DNA of 60,541 bases, counting the filler, from Hausera hauseri (lineage: Eukaryota): NCBI GenBank assembly GCA_046269625.1. It is 9 parts of 9 records of this genome, joined end to end, with 100 filler letters (N's around TTAATTAATTAA, not from the genome) between each part and the next. Parts side by side here need not be neighbours in the genome. Positions count along the whole stretch, not along the records: positions 1 to 4,191 come from JBJURY010710658.1; positions 4,292 to 9,498 come from JBJURY010307054.1; positions 9,599 to 18,573 come from JBJURY010493242.1; 6 more parts are not named here. One strand, 5' to 3'. Position numbers and translations under genes: made by a program. The notes under the pieces are model-generated. The model was given only the letters and a program-made list of their open reading frames with translations. It had not been told where the DNA came from and ran no database searches. Below, in pieces: positions 1 through 11,329 of the stretch. The stretch's first letter is position 1. Every line of letters starts with the position of its first letter.

Positions 1-6
1 AGATAA

Positions 7-2341
7 ATCAATATCAACGAATTCCTGCAAGAAAATGTAACAGTTTTCACACCGATGTCTAAGGCAATATACCGACAAATTCATGTAGAGCTACAAGATA
101 AAGTCTGTACGGAATATAATCAAGTAGAAAAGATCCCCAACAACCTGAAAGGACTTACGGACAAAAATAGAAAAATTCGACTATATGCGATGCGGAGAGA
201 TGAAGATGCACGAGCTTATACCCTACAAAATCTGATAAAAGACGAAATTCGACACTACCGTGAAATATTTATACATCTAGCAGAAGGAGAAATTTATTAC
301 CGTATAGTCGGACAATTATGGGATGTGCAAAAAGGACGACAATACAAATTTAGTACTTTCCGTCTACGCGATAAGTGCCTCGAAAACCACGAGCTAGAAT
401 TTCGAACCGCAGCCTTACCAGTAAAAATAATGATAGAAGTTGTTCAAGAGGAAATTTCGCTCGCAATTCTACCCCCTTTAGTGTACCACCAACGACCGAC
501 AGAAGAAGAGATAGAAAACCATTTTGGATCTTATAAACTCGTCCAGGACGGACGAAATGTCCGCATCATCGCTACAAACTACGGGGAAAGCGACGACGGA
601 AATTACATACCGATCGAAGTCTCAATTCGAGATATGAACGGAGTTAGGATATATGAGAAGATCATCATACCCCGGAAAAGGGTGAGAGAAACATACGCGG
701 AAATAACCGGAATCCGAAAGGAAGATTTGATAAACGGAAGAGATATGAAACAAATAGAAGTAGAAATTAACCACTGCGTATATGGATGCATAATAGCAGG
801 TTTCCAAACTCAAACACAAATCGAGAAATTAAAAATAGATGAAAGGAATATCGCAGGAATACGAGAATTCTGGACGCACCCGAAAATAAGAGAGAAGATG
901 GATAACTTAGGCCGCCCTACTCCCATGACGATGGAAACCCAGTTCAAACGATCACAAGATCAACCGACAGCTATCCGCTTTCCAAAGAACGCAATATTTG
1001 CAGGAAAGATATATAACGTTAAAATAGAGCCATGAATGGTCTCCAATAAGCCCAAAACATAACCTACAAAGTACGATTAGTCCAAGAGAACTCAATCAAC
1101 AACACCGAAAACAGTTTTACCCATATTCCCCAGTAAGAATAGTAGAAACTAAAGGAAACAACAATATACAGATTACAACGCCCACTCAAAACAGCCCAGC
1201 TGAAATCGTTTCCTATGGATTCAACGTATCTAAAACCTCTAGAAATGAAGAGGAAGTGTTTCGTAAATCTCCACCCAAGAAACCCAAGTTAAAGGACACA
1301 CAAGAAAAAAATAAAGCGAGATCCATCTATAATTATTTATTCAAAAGAAAGGATAAAAAAGAGAGTTCAACAAATAAAAACCAGCAAAACAAACCAGGAA
1401 CATCTCACAAAAAGGAATTTCCGACACAGCGTCGAAATGAGCCCTCAATTACCGAAATAAATATTCTCAGGCAGAAAAAGAGTAAAGAGGACGTCCACTA
1501 TACCACGGAAGATCAAACAAGAATGTTGGTAACGACAGAATACTTTAGTCACAAAACAATAAAAGAAGCAACTTTTTTTGTGAAAATCACCCCAGCTCGA
1601 GAAGTACATAAAAATACATATATCTGGGAAGATCCTAAAATAGGAAAATATTTAACCGCAGTTTTCAGATCAAAAAGAACGGGAAAACTAACGGTACCAG
1701 TAGACAAGCAGATGCGAATAATCCTGAAAAAACAATACCAGAAGTATCAAATAGATGGAGAAATCTCAGATTTAGATAAAGACCTCGTCGCAGATTGGAC
1801 CCTAGTGCAAGTAAGCTGCGACCCAAGAAAGAGCTCAATTAACCCTAAACAGAAACAAATCCATGGATATTTATACCAAGATAAAGAGGAACTGGTATTC
1901 GAACCCATAGAACTCATATGTCAAGTCGACCTGGACAGAGAAAACTGGAATAAAGAAGATAATGAATGCCCAGTGTGCGAGGCAAGTTTAAAACAGGGCT
2001 ATGTAATATTGGATAACAAAGCATGCCGGCATAAATATTGTCGCGACTGCTTAGAAAGATGGACATTGGATAACGGTAAAACAACTTGTCCAGTATGCAG
2101 GGCAGAGGCCACGGAGCTTAAATACTACTCTAACGGAAATTATACTAGAATAGTCCGCATAAAGCCTCATTACAGTTATAACCTAGAAACAAACCTATCC
2201 AGGAACCAAGATACCCCAGATGATCCGTCAGATTTACAAGAACGAATGAATCGTTTAAGAAGTCCTAGACGCTTGGGCGTCACCTCTCCTGACGCAATAG
2301 GCACATCCGAGGATGCCGTTCAGGGAGGAGAAATGTTATGA
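7..2341 (+). pseudogene. LTR-retrotransposon accessory ORF (env position), copy 1: N-terminal domain, DEDDh-exonuclease-like domain, basic linker, conserved domain, C3HC4 RING; disrupted
   Basis: ORFs 55..1035 and 1256..2341 join through one frameshift (about 935-980) and a TAG at 1025-1027, where copy 2 has TGG. The exonuclease-like segment (about 553-873) reads EVSIRDMNGVRIYEKIIIPRKRVRETYAEITGIRKEDL. The RING (1967-2098) reads CPVC..CRHKYCRDC..CPVC. The region is collinear with 18797-21280. Confidence 0.8.
2322..2333 (+). promoter_or_regulatory. Polypurine tract (PPT)
   Basis: AGGGAGGAGAAA lies immediately before the LTR TG; copy 2 has the same motif at 21331-21340. Confidence 0.8.
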
Positions 2342-3083
2342 AAAACCAAATTGTAGATGAGAGTCAATTTGTAAATTAGAGAGGAAAACAAACCAGCCTA
2401 TGTAAATAATTTATTCCAATTTCATATCTATTAACTCGCTTGCTACATGTATATATTATTGAGCCATTATATCCATCTGTAAAATTATATTAGCCATTAA
2501 AAACCAACGTATATAGAAAACAAACCAAATTAACCATCGGCAATATGTAGAAAACATGATAAGCCATTTGTCTAATGAGAAGTAGTGATATATATATAAG
2601 CATGGACTGTGGAAGAAGAGACAGAAGTAGAGAAAACGAAAGAACCTCATCGACTATAGCGTTGATTTGCTGATATTACTAACGAAAAATTTGCAATCCA
2701 TTCACAACGTCAATATTGAACTATTCATCGATTGATATACGAAAGAATCCAAATTGACATTTTCCGTTAATTGTTGAGTGATTCGTCTGATCATTATATT
2801 GTGAGTATTACATCTTCTTTTAAAATCCCTAATAGTTTTCATCGGCCCTTAAGGCTGATTTGTGAGCACACTAAGTATAAATTTTGACGTAAATTATATA
2901 AGTACTAGAAACTACTAAAACCGTGCACAGGACACACACGCACTACATTCACATTCACGTAATATCGACATATTAGGCACATTCGTTTATCGAGACCGAT
3001 AAACCGAATTTGCAATAGAACAGAAATATCGAGTGTAAACTGTTATATAGCGGGAGACGTTAAGGGCCACCCAAAATATAACA
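2334..3083 (+). mobile_element. LTR (3' LTR of the exo-RING element, copy 1)
   Basis: TGTTAT...ATAACA inverted termini, preceded by a PPT, with a TATA-like run near 2590 and conserved blocks shared with 21341-22114. Confidence 0.8.
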
Positions 3084-3094
3084 CACACATACAT

Positions 3095-4110
3095 TACCAA
3101 GACTAAATTGGTGGCATACGACTTTGATATTCGTTACGTACCAGGAAAATCTATACCTCATATGGATGCACGATCGCGATTAAAATATCGAAACAAAGAA
3201 TATCAGGATTCGGAAGAAAAGCGAACAATGACTTTGTTTTTCGCGCATCCGGCCCATTTTCCGTCTTAGATGAAAAGGAAGTGCAAGAGGAATTACAAAA
3301 AGACAAAATACTAAGGAACATAATCAACCCACTCGTAATGGCAAACGGGATAAATGTTCTCAGGCGGAATTGCCCTACGAAAAGATTGTGGGAAAATTAA
3401 CCGTCGAAAATCACTTGTTGTATAATGGCACCAAGTTACTGATACCGGCCAGATTGAGTAATAAAGTATTTGCTGACTCAAAATTAACCAATCAGGAATA
3501 CAGTCAACATTACAGAGATTGCAAATAGGGCGTGGTGGCCAAATAAGATGGAGTTTGTATACAGGCAAATAAAAAATCGCAGAGCGCCAAAAACAGACCT
3601 CAGTGTGACAAAGATACGGACACCTGGCCGAAAGCAGCTCAGTTTGAAAGAATTCATATGGATTGGGCACATATAACAGACATAGGCAATTTGTTAATCA
3701 TTGTGGATGCAAGAACTAGCATCTCACTGCAACGACCACTTTATAAAATGTCAATGAACAATTTCCCCTAACTGTGGTATAGGATAATAGTCCGGAATTT
3801 GTAAGTGAAAGACTCAACGCATGCTTACGGAATCCAAGAGCGTCAAGTATGAAAACTCCTCCATATAACCACAGGTCTAATGGATCAACTGAACGGGCTG
3901 TACAGACAGTGAACCAAGCAGCAAAGGCAGGGAACTTCAATACAATGAAAATCGGTTTAAAGGAGATTCTACAAAAAATCTGTTTTATCACAGAATATCC
4001 ACAAGAACCAGAGGGCTTTTTCCGTAGAGATGGAATTCGATAATGGCACCAGTTGTGTCAAGTTCCTCACAAGGTAAAACGGTTTTCTACTGCAGTAGTG
4101 TAACATGGGC
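3095..4110 (+). mobile_element. Degenerate Ty3/Gypsy pol fragment (RNase H end plus integrase)
   Basis: LVAYDFDIRYVPGKSIPHMDA, RIHMDWAH..LLIIVDA, DNSPEF and TPPYNHRSNGSTERAVQTV appear across frameshifts. Confidence 0.8.
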
Positions 4111-4191
4111 TATCTGACACAAACATCTACCCCACTGCCGTTAATTAAATTGATTCAATAAAACAAAGTTCAGTTTGACTATTGGGTGAAT

Positions 4192-4291
4192 NNNNNNNNN
4201 NNNNNNNNNNNNNNNNNNNNNNNNNNNNNNNNNNNTTAATTAATTAANNNNNNNNNNNNNNNNNNNNNNNNNNNNNNNNNNNNNNNNNNNN
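4192..4291. other. Artificial contig spacer (N-TTAATTAATTAA-N, 100 bp)
   Basis: Identical 100-bp spacers also occur at 9499-9598, 18574-18673, 24950-25049, 30407-30506, 35353-35452, 39774-39873 and 56204-56303. Confidence 0.98.
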
Positions 4292-4327
4292 ATCATTTGT
4301 ACACACTAATATAAAAGAAGCCCATAG

Positions 4328-4365
4328 TGCTCTGACGAAGATCTTAATAAGATCGAAATATCAGC
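4328..4365 (+). ncRNA. Minimal type I hammerhead ribozyme (Penelope-like element type)
   Basis: gct-CTGACGA-a-GATCTT aat AAGATC-GAAA-tatc-agc: catalytic core boxes, 6-bp stem II, palindromic ATAT stem III and a gct/agc stem I. Confidence 0.65.
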
Positions 4366-4420
4366 TTCAAAAAATTTGCACCATTATTGTCCTGAAAAAG
4401 ATTTATCACTTTATATTATA

Positions 4421-6021
4421 TCAATTAGATTAAAACAATAATGAAAAAGACAGGTTTTTTTCAAACCAAATCTAAATTTTTATTAAATCAAACTTTACGC
4501 ATGGAAATCACACAGTAACATCAGACAGATGTCCTAGGGATATCACTAACACAAAACATGCTCAATATTTTGTTGGCCACTTCTGGGACGAATCACAGCT
4601 TCTAGGCGTTCTGGCATCGATTTAATCAGTGACACAATACTCGGCAGTCACCTCTGTTTACCACACTCGTTTCATTTTCTCTTCCAGATCACTCAGACAT
4701 GTTGGCCGCAGCTCGCCAACCTTTCTTTTCATCATCGCCCAGCAATTTTCGATAGGATTCAGGTCAGGTGAGTTACCATGCTATGGTTCCAAAACGTTGA
4801 CATTATTTTCATCAAGCCATCTCCGCACCAAGTGAGCAATGTGAGCCGGAGCACCATCTTGTTGAAAAGTTGTTCATGAGTGGGCTGCTAATGTCGGCAG
4901 GATGTACAGCTGAAGAAATGAGAGGTAGTGCGCCGCTGTTATTGTTGCTTTCTTATGAACCAGGTAGAGAGGACCACCACCGGCACATTATATTGATGTC
5001 CATATAATGATTGACGTCAAGTTTTTCACCCTGCCAACCGTGTATCGTGGATTGGAACGCTCTCCAATAGAACGGCGAACAAATGTGGAGAAGCTGTAGA
5101 ACTGTCTAATGACGTTTTTCATCACTAAACAGAGTGGTAGACCAATCAGCCACACTCCAGGTTTTATAGCGATGTGCAAATGCCAAGCGGTCCTTGATGT
5201 TTTTGGCTGACAAGTGAGTTCTCGGGCCAAAATCATGCTGGAGATGGTATCGGATTGTTCTGGGATTAGTGGGTGTGACAACTGAGAGGTGATGAATGAC
5301 GATAATGCAGTTGGATCTTTGAATACCATGCACTTGATAGCGCGATCAGTAGCTGGTGTAGTAACTCTTGGTCTTCTTCCTCGTTTTTTAGCCAGGAATG
5401 AGCCAGTTGCATGATATCGGGACAGACATTTCTGTACCGCACTTCGAGAGATTAGAAGTTGCTCTGAAGTTGTTGTGTAGCCTTCTTGACGTAAAGCAAC
5501 AATCTGGCTGACAATATGAGGAGTATCATAAGCTCTTCCCACGTATGATATGAAAGAGTAGATGGAAGAATGAAAACCTGTATTCCGCAACAACCGTTAT
5601 TTATAGGGGCTGCCATGCATTGCAACTGTCTCTTTCACCTTCAATCTCATTGGTTCATACATCTTGTTAAGCTGGCTTGCATGCTGCAGTCACGTTGCTT
5701 CAGTCTTGGCAACGTACCGGGGGCACACTACGCACATCTCTGAGTGATTTGTTAGAGAAAATGAAGCGAGTGTGGCAAATAGAGGTGACTGCCGAGTATT
5801 GTGCGTCACTGATTAAATCGATGCCAAAACGCTTAGTAGCTGTGATTTGTCCCAGAGGTGGACCAACAAAAAATTGAGCATTATTTCTGTATTAGTGACA
5901 CTCCTAGGACATCTGTCTGATGTTACTGTATGATTTGCATGCTTAAAGTTAGTTTGATTTAATAAAATGTAGATTTGGTTTGAAAAAAAACGTGTTTTTC
6001 ATTATTGTTCTAATCTAATTG
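4421..6021 (-). mobile_element. Tc1-family transposon, degenerate transposase (about 4563-5525), flanked by about 280-bp inverted repeats
   Basis: HTH region (SRSAVQKCL..GRRPRVTT), FSDE, FQQDGAPAH and NSPDLNPIENCW motifs; 4421-4700 is the inverted copy of 5733-6021. Confidence 0.85.
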
Positions 6022-6029
6022 CAAGAACA

Positions 6030-7465
6030 ATAAATAGGAACAGTAAATAAGTTTCCAACAATTACTGGCTGCCGGCTACCGACATGTTTGAAAGTTTTGC
6101 ACTGCAACTCAGAAACAATTAGATCCATACCACACTTCACTACAGTCAAACCTGTTTTGCAATAAGTTGCCACCCTCTATGAGAAGGCCAACATCCCGAT
6201 GGTGACCGAGCGTCGAGCCAGTGTGAAGATTGTGAACAAACTCCGTTCCATCCCCCTAAAATCGCAGAGATATTCTGGCCATGCAGAAGATGGAAGAAAA
6301 TCAACAAATGCTGCAGTCGACATTCCAGTTCTGGCCACCTGATGCAGAACGTCTGATCAAAGATGCCGAAAATCGGGCATTTCTGCAGTAAGCTTCGGTT
6401 CTTTCGACAAAACTGGCAAAGATAATTGAAAGACGTCATCAGCGTGAATCCACTGCCTCAAGATTTCATTACTGAAGAGCATTGAACAGCTGCTACCAGC
6501 CGACATCAGGTGCCAAAAGTCTGAGTATTTGTCACTCCTCTAACTCACATGTACTGCAAGTGGCGGCTTGCTTGCACGAAAGCAACTGACGCACCATGGA
6601 ATAACTTACAACTGTTCAAAAGACTGCTGCAGTATCAACTTGTCGACAAGAACATTTCTCAGTCTCCAGTGCGAGACTTTGGTCGGCATTTGTGGTACCC
6701 GACTGCTGAAATAGTGCCACTGTCACTTCAGCACTCGTGTGCCTTCACCGGAACACCAAGCTATTACTGATGTACTATTGCAAGTTCGGTCAGCCACTAA
6801 ATTACGAAGTCCTGGAATCGTTCTGCTGCCGGAATCGTTTACTGCCGTCACGCTGTCCACACTGTTGTCTGTTAGTGGACTCCTGGTTCACGATGTTCCT
6901 TCTGCAGATTGACAGTAGCTTTCTTCACCTGCCAGTCAGCGAATGGAACGCCAGTATAGGATACAAAACAAGCTTCGGAAACGTCAAAGCGGTGGATCTG
7001 GTGAATGATGCTGCTGAACGCGGTGTCAAGCTATCAACGGATTTTGTCAATGCTGTTCGTAGGGATGAACATTATCATAATGTGCGTGAGACAAAGCTCT
7101 ACCCCAAGAAAAAAATTAGTACTTAAGGCCTAAGCAGAAGGACCTTTGATAGCACAAACTGAACCATCAAATCACTTGGGAACTGAACATGTGTCTGCTT
7201 TCTAATGTGATCCAGTATTTTAATACTATATATTGTGTGTGATTTTCTGAAAAATAAAATGTTTTTTTCTTCGTCTAATGGGAAATGGCAATAAAATGCA
7301 TCGATTTTGCATATTCGGTTTTCTAAATACGTGATGGGACCTCTAAATCACTTTGGATTCTCAAAATGTTTTATACGCCTGCTCCATGCACACAGCAACA
7401 AACTGGAAACCCCGACAGCAAGAAATTTGAAACAATTTTTTGCCCAACAGATGTGACGCACCCTA
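6030..7465 (+). mobile_element. Internally deleted hATm-like DNA transposon
   Basis: RHLWYPTAEIVPLSL and VNDAAERGVKL motifs; ends in CACCCTA (reverse complement TAGGGTG, a hATm-type terminus) at 7459-7465. Confidence 0.55.
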
Positions 7466-7469
7466 TTAG

Positions 7470-8085
7470 TTAGTTCACATTTCAAGACGTATTTGTGTTA
7501 AATTTTGTTTGATTATGTGCAGATGTTTTCCTTCGATCCCATCATATATGAAAATTGAAAAGCAGCATCAGCTAAATGCAGGAAATAAAGGTGTGAAGTG
7601 TATGGGAAAGATATGACAGAATGTCAGCGCCAAAAACTGGTTCGGAAAGTTTCGTTCTACGAAATTCGATATTGAAGATGTGTACCTGTTGAAGCTGAGA
7701 AAGAGAGAATAAAGTTTGAAATTGCTAAATTATTGAATTTATCAAATTCAACCGTTCATGATCACGACAAACGATTTGGTTTTGTTTCAAAGCTCAACAA
7801 ATGGGTTCCACATATTCTCTGTCGCATTGACATCTGTGATTTGCTTAACAATCGTCAAGAAAATGATCCATTTTAGAAGTAAATCATAACTTGCGAATAT
7901 AAGCGATCATGGAGTAGAAGAGATGAAAAAAGTGATGCTTTCTGTTTGGTGGTTTTTTTTCTGAGCTTCTGCCAGACAATTCCACAACTGGACAAATTCA
8001 GTGATTCCATCAAACGGAAAAGGCTAGAAAATGTGTTGTGAGTCACAATGATAATGTCAGACGTCACACAAGTCAGAATCAAGCA
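7470..8085 (+). mobile_element. Degenerate mariner transposase fragment
   Basis: NWFGKFRS..FDIED, SKLNKWVPHIL (WVPHEL motif) and decayed ITxDEK-like sequence, with many stops and deletions. Confidence 0.7.
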
Positions 8086-8409
8086 CATTCACCAAATATG
8101 GTCCCGAACAAGCCAATAAATAAAATCAAAATATTTAAATTTCAGCATGTTTGATTGGAAATTTCTCGGCAGATTTTTATTTGCAACAGAGAAAATATAC
8201 TTTTAAAGTTTATCTTATCAAAATTTGTGTGTAACAGTTCGGAATTATTCATTGTTAGTCTTTGTCAAAGCTGAAACAAAATAAGAATCTAGAAGTCTAA
8301 CGAAACGAGTTAGAAATAGCTGTAGGAAGATCAGAAAAATGTCAAGTGAAAAAATGAAGAAAATAGTGAAATACAATAAGAATACGATGAAAGGAATTTC
8401 GAAAAAGAT

Positions 8410-8941
8410 TTAACGAAAGATAACAAACAGAAACCTTTCAGAAGCACAAAAGTTATCAAAAAAGGGCCTCATTGATACATTAAACCGAAGAAAATAAACG
8501 TACGCTGGTTTCTTAGGTTTCGGTACTACAACACCATCTTTAAGAACAATTGCTTTCTTCTTGAAGTGTTCAGGCCCTGCCCACATTCCAAGTACAGCGT
8601 TATTGGCCTCGGAATATTCATCGATCATGGAATTTACAAAATCTCTAACGCATGACAAATATGCACTGCTGCAAAAGAAAATCATTTATCACCCTTCTAC
8701 ATAAGTCATATCAATACTTTGTTGTGTCAGCTTTACTCGTGCCGATTGTCATTGTATTATCGTATTCATCATCCTCATTCGGTTTTTTCGAATCATCAAT
8801 TATAATCGGTTCATCATCATCATCAATGGCACCATCATCGTAATTATCATAATCATCGTGCATGATATTGGCAACTTGAAATACTCCTTCTGGAATGCTT
8901 TCCCTTTCAACNNNNNNNNNNAAACGATCGAGACCTTCCAA
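8410..8941 (-). pseudogene. NCAPH: Condensin complex subunit 2 (CAP-H/Barren)-like fragment
   Basis: DEYSEANNAVLGMWAGPEHF resembles the CAP-H EYSY...MWAGPDHW motif and follows an acidic D-rich tract. The fragment is frameshifted or spliced and has a 10-N gap at 8912-8921. Confidence 0.5.
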
Positions 8942-9949
8942 CCGATTCCGATGCTGTTGGATTCTGAAATTTAATGGTATCAGAAGAAGTTAACGATTTT
9001 ACCGATTATAAATTTACATGTAGTACATGTTCTAGGCCGTCTCAAACTTCCTGCCAATGAAGTTTCCATAAAATAAAATTGCCAACAATCGCTACTCATC
9101 AATATTTTATATTGATTTGGGAATACAGAAATTCAAAGTATAGTGCACATTACTTAATTAGGTGGATACTGTGTAAGAAACGTGAAAGATAAACGTGGGA
9201 TTGGCAATAATCAACAAAACACAGAGACACGCAAATTAAAAGTACATGGAGATATCGGTTATTATTTATTATAACTGATTATTGTTATGATCCGATTACC
9301 AACGTTATCACAAATTAAAAGCCATCTAATAGATAAAAGAGACGAATCCAGTCGTACATTAACTTCTGGTGTTTGCTATTCTCCTTTTTGGCCATTATTC
9401 GCCAATTACTGATCGAGTTTCAGAATGGAAATTGTAGAAGGTATATTATTTCCCATGTTCTGTATGTCGTTATCTCCCTTGTAATGACTCATTTTCATNN
9501 NNNNNNNNNNNNNNNNNNNNNNNNNNNNNNNNNNNNNNNNNNTTAATTAATTAANNNNNNNNNNNNNNNNNNNNNNNNNNNNNNNNNNNNNNNNNNNNAA
9601 AAGACAGTAAAATCCATGATCAAGCGCTTTAGTGAAATAAGCCCCCAAAAGTAGGCGTATCGCTCAAAATTGTTTTGATCGAATAACAAATGGAAATCTG
9701 TGCATTTGTTGGACCAAGACATCGTACCATCGTGTAAACTAGAATTGACCGCATCGGTAACATTAGTACATGACACCTTTGGGAGTTTGCTTACCCAGAT
9801 AGGAGAATACGTTAGACAACAATATTGCCAATTGAGAATTTCTCTCGATGATTTTACTGAATAATCACACTCACGCACACAACTGGGAATTAAAACCGAG
9901 GAGATCCTGGATTTGATAATTTTCTTTATTCAATGCTTTATTCAATTTG

Positions 9950-10600
9950 TTTCTCTAATCGATACCACCATACAATCAAGAATCCCATTCGTTGAGAGCT
10001 CGAACGGTGATGAACTGCTATGATTCGACTTCGTCACCGGGATTGCGGTTTTCAATAATTGCGCCATGTTCACATCGACAGACCAATTTAATATCGTTGC
10101 CGAGGTTGAATCTACGATACTGATAACAAACAGATCCCAAATTGTCATCTTCGTCTTCTTCAACAAAAGTATTCATATTTGTAAATGAATAAATTTTTTC
10201 CATAGAAATAACTTGCTGAATAAAATTATGATTAATATAAGTCGCCTTTAACGATAGACTCTTGGCCAAATTCAAATTGTTATTGTCATCAGTGGGTGGA
10301 TCAACTGCAGTTTCATTGACACTGACAAAATCAAAACTATTATTGCCGGACTGTTTGTCAAGGAAAAGAACGTCACCAATGCGAGTAGCAACAATATCCC
10401 ACGATTCCAGCGATCGTGAACAGCACATCAACGATGCAATTATCGTATTAGTGGCATAAACTGTGCCGGCATTGTCCTTTGTCAAATCTGGGATGACTGG
10501 ATCTTCGGTTGTCGTAACGTTGTGAATTAATTTGTTAAACAGTCTCAACTTCTGTGGATTTCTCGTAAAAATTCTGTCGTAATTTTTGTCATAATATCCA
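9950..10600 (-). pseudogene. EIF3D: eIF3 subunit D central fragment
   Basis: GYYDKNYDRI..HNVTTTEDPVI..VYATNTIIASLMCCSRSLESWDIV..LFLDK..VSVNETAVDPP..YRRFNLGNDIKLVCRCEH; truncated at both ends. Confidence 0.85.
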
Positions 10601-11020
10601 ATAAACGAAACACTTCTGCTAATCTACAACGAAATTGACTTTCAATTCGACTAAACGGCGAAGTCGAACTGGCCGAAAGATAATTTACACAAATAACTCC
10701 TTTTCGACTGGCGAGCTGCAAATAATTTGCAATTTGATCTTTCGGCAATGCAGCCAGTAGCAACTGTTCCGAAATGTCTGCTAACGACAAAATTGACATA
10801 GGATCCCCTTCAATTTCATCTCTAAATCGATACGCTTTAATTATGTTTTCCCAATTCTTTTTTGAACAATTTCGATTTCATTATTCTCGTTACTCGTTGG
10901 CGTTGTTCCATCAATTTAACGCCTTTAATTTAAGCTGGTTGTATCAATTCTTTACGAAATGCTGGATCATCTGGATGCATGTTGCAATAAGGAGAAAGTT
11001 CCGTAAATATTGCTGTTGAC
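10590..11020 (-). pseudogene. Adducin/Hts N-terminal fragment fused to the eIF3d fragment
   Basis: HPDDPAFRKEL..MEQRQRVTRIMKSKLFKKEL(frameshift)ENII..VICVNYL..ESQFRCRLAEVFRLLDI matches adducin MEQKKRVSMILQSPAFxEELE..PVNDL..EKLLRCKLAAFYRLAD. Contains a stop and a frameshift. Confidence 0.7.
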
Positions 11021-11329
11021 ATTTTGTAAAGTTCTAAATATTTAGTAAAATTGGAAATAAAAAGCAGAAAGATGTAAAATTAAGTTAAATTAAATATTTT
11101 GCTGCCATGAAAAAGTCCAATAAAATTAATTCGAGTAAATAATGAAACGTCATATCAGCGTGTTTATTGGATGCAGCCACATAAAACGAATCAATATTAA
11201 TATTCCATTCTGTTAAGTTATTCCTAACTTTATCTAAGACAATCTCATTGAAATCAAATCATTCAAATATATTCGTAAACGTAGCAATAGTATAAGACCA
11301 CAACTTCTTGAACGTTTTTTGTCACCAGA

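Noticed and set aside
603-819. Short antisense ORFs here and throughout the ORF track
   Set aside because: They are shadows of real coding frames or chance ORFs with no recognisable motifs.
2274-2333. HDV-like ribozyme upstream of the PPT
   Set aside because: The nested double-pseudoknot and J4/2 catalytic strand could not be built in both copies; kept only as a conserved motif.
4236-4247. Recurring TTAATTAATTAA as a biological repeat or CRISPR-like array
   Set aside because: It is always centred in a 100-bp N block and encodes stops in all frames, so it is an artificial linker.
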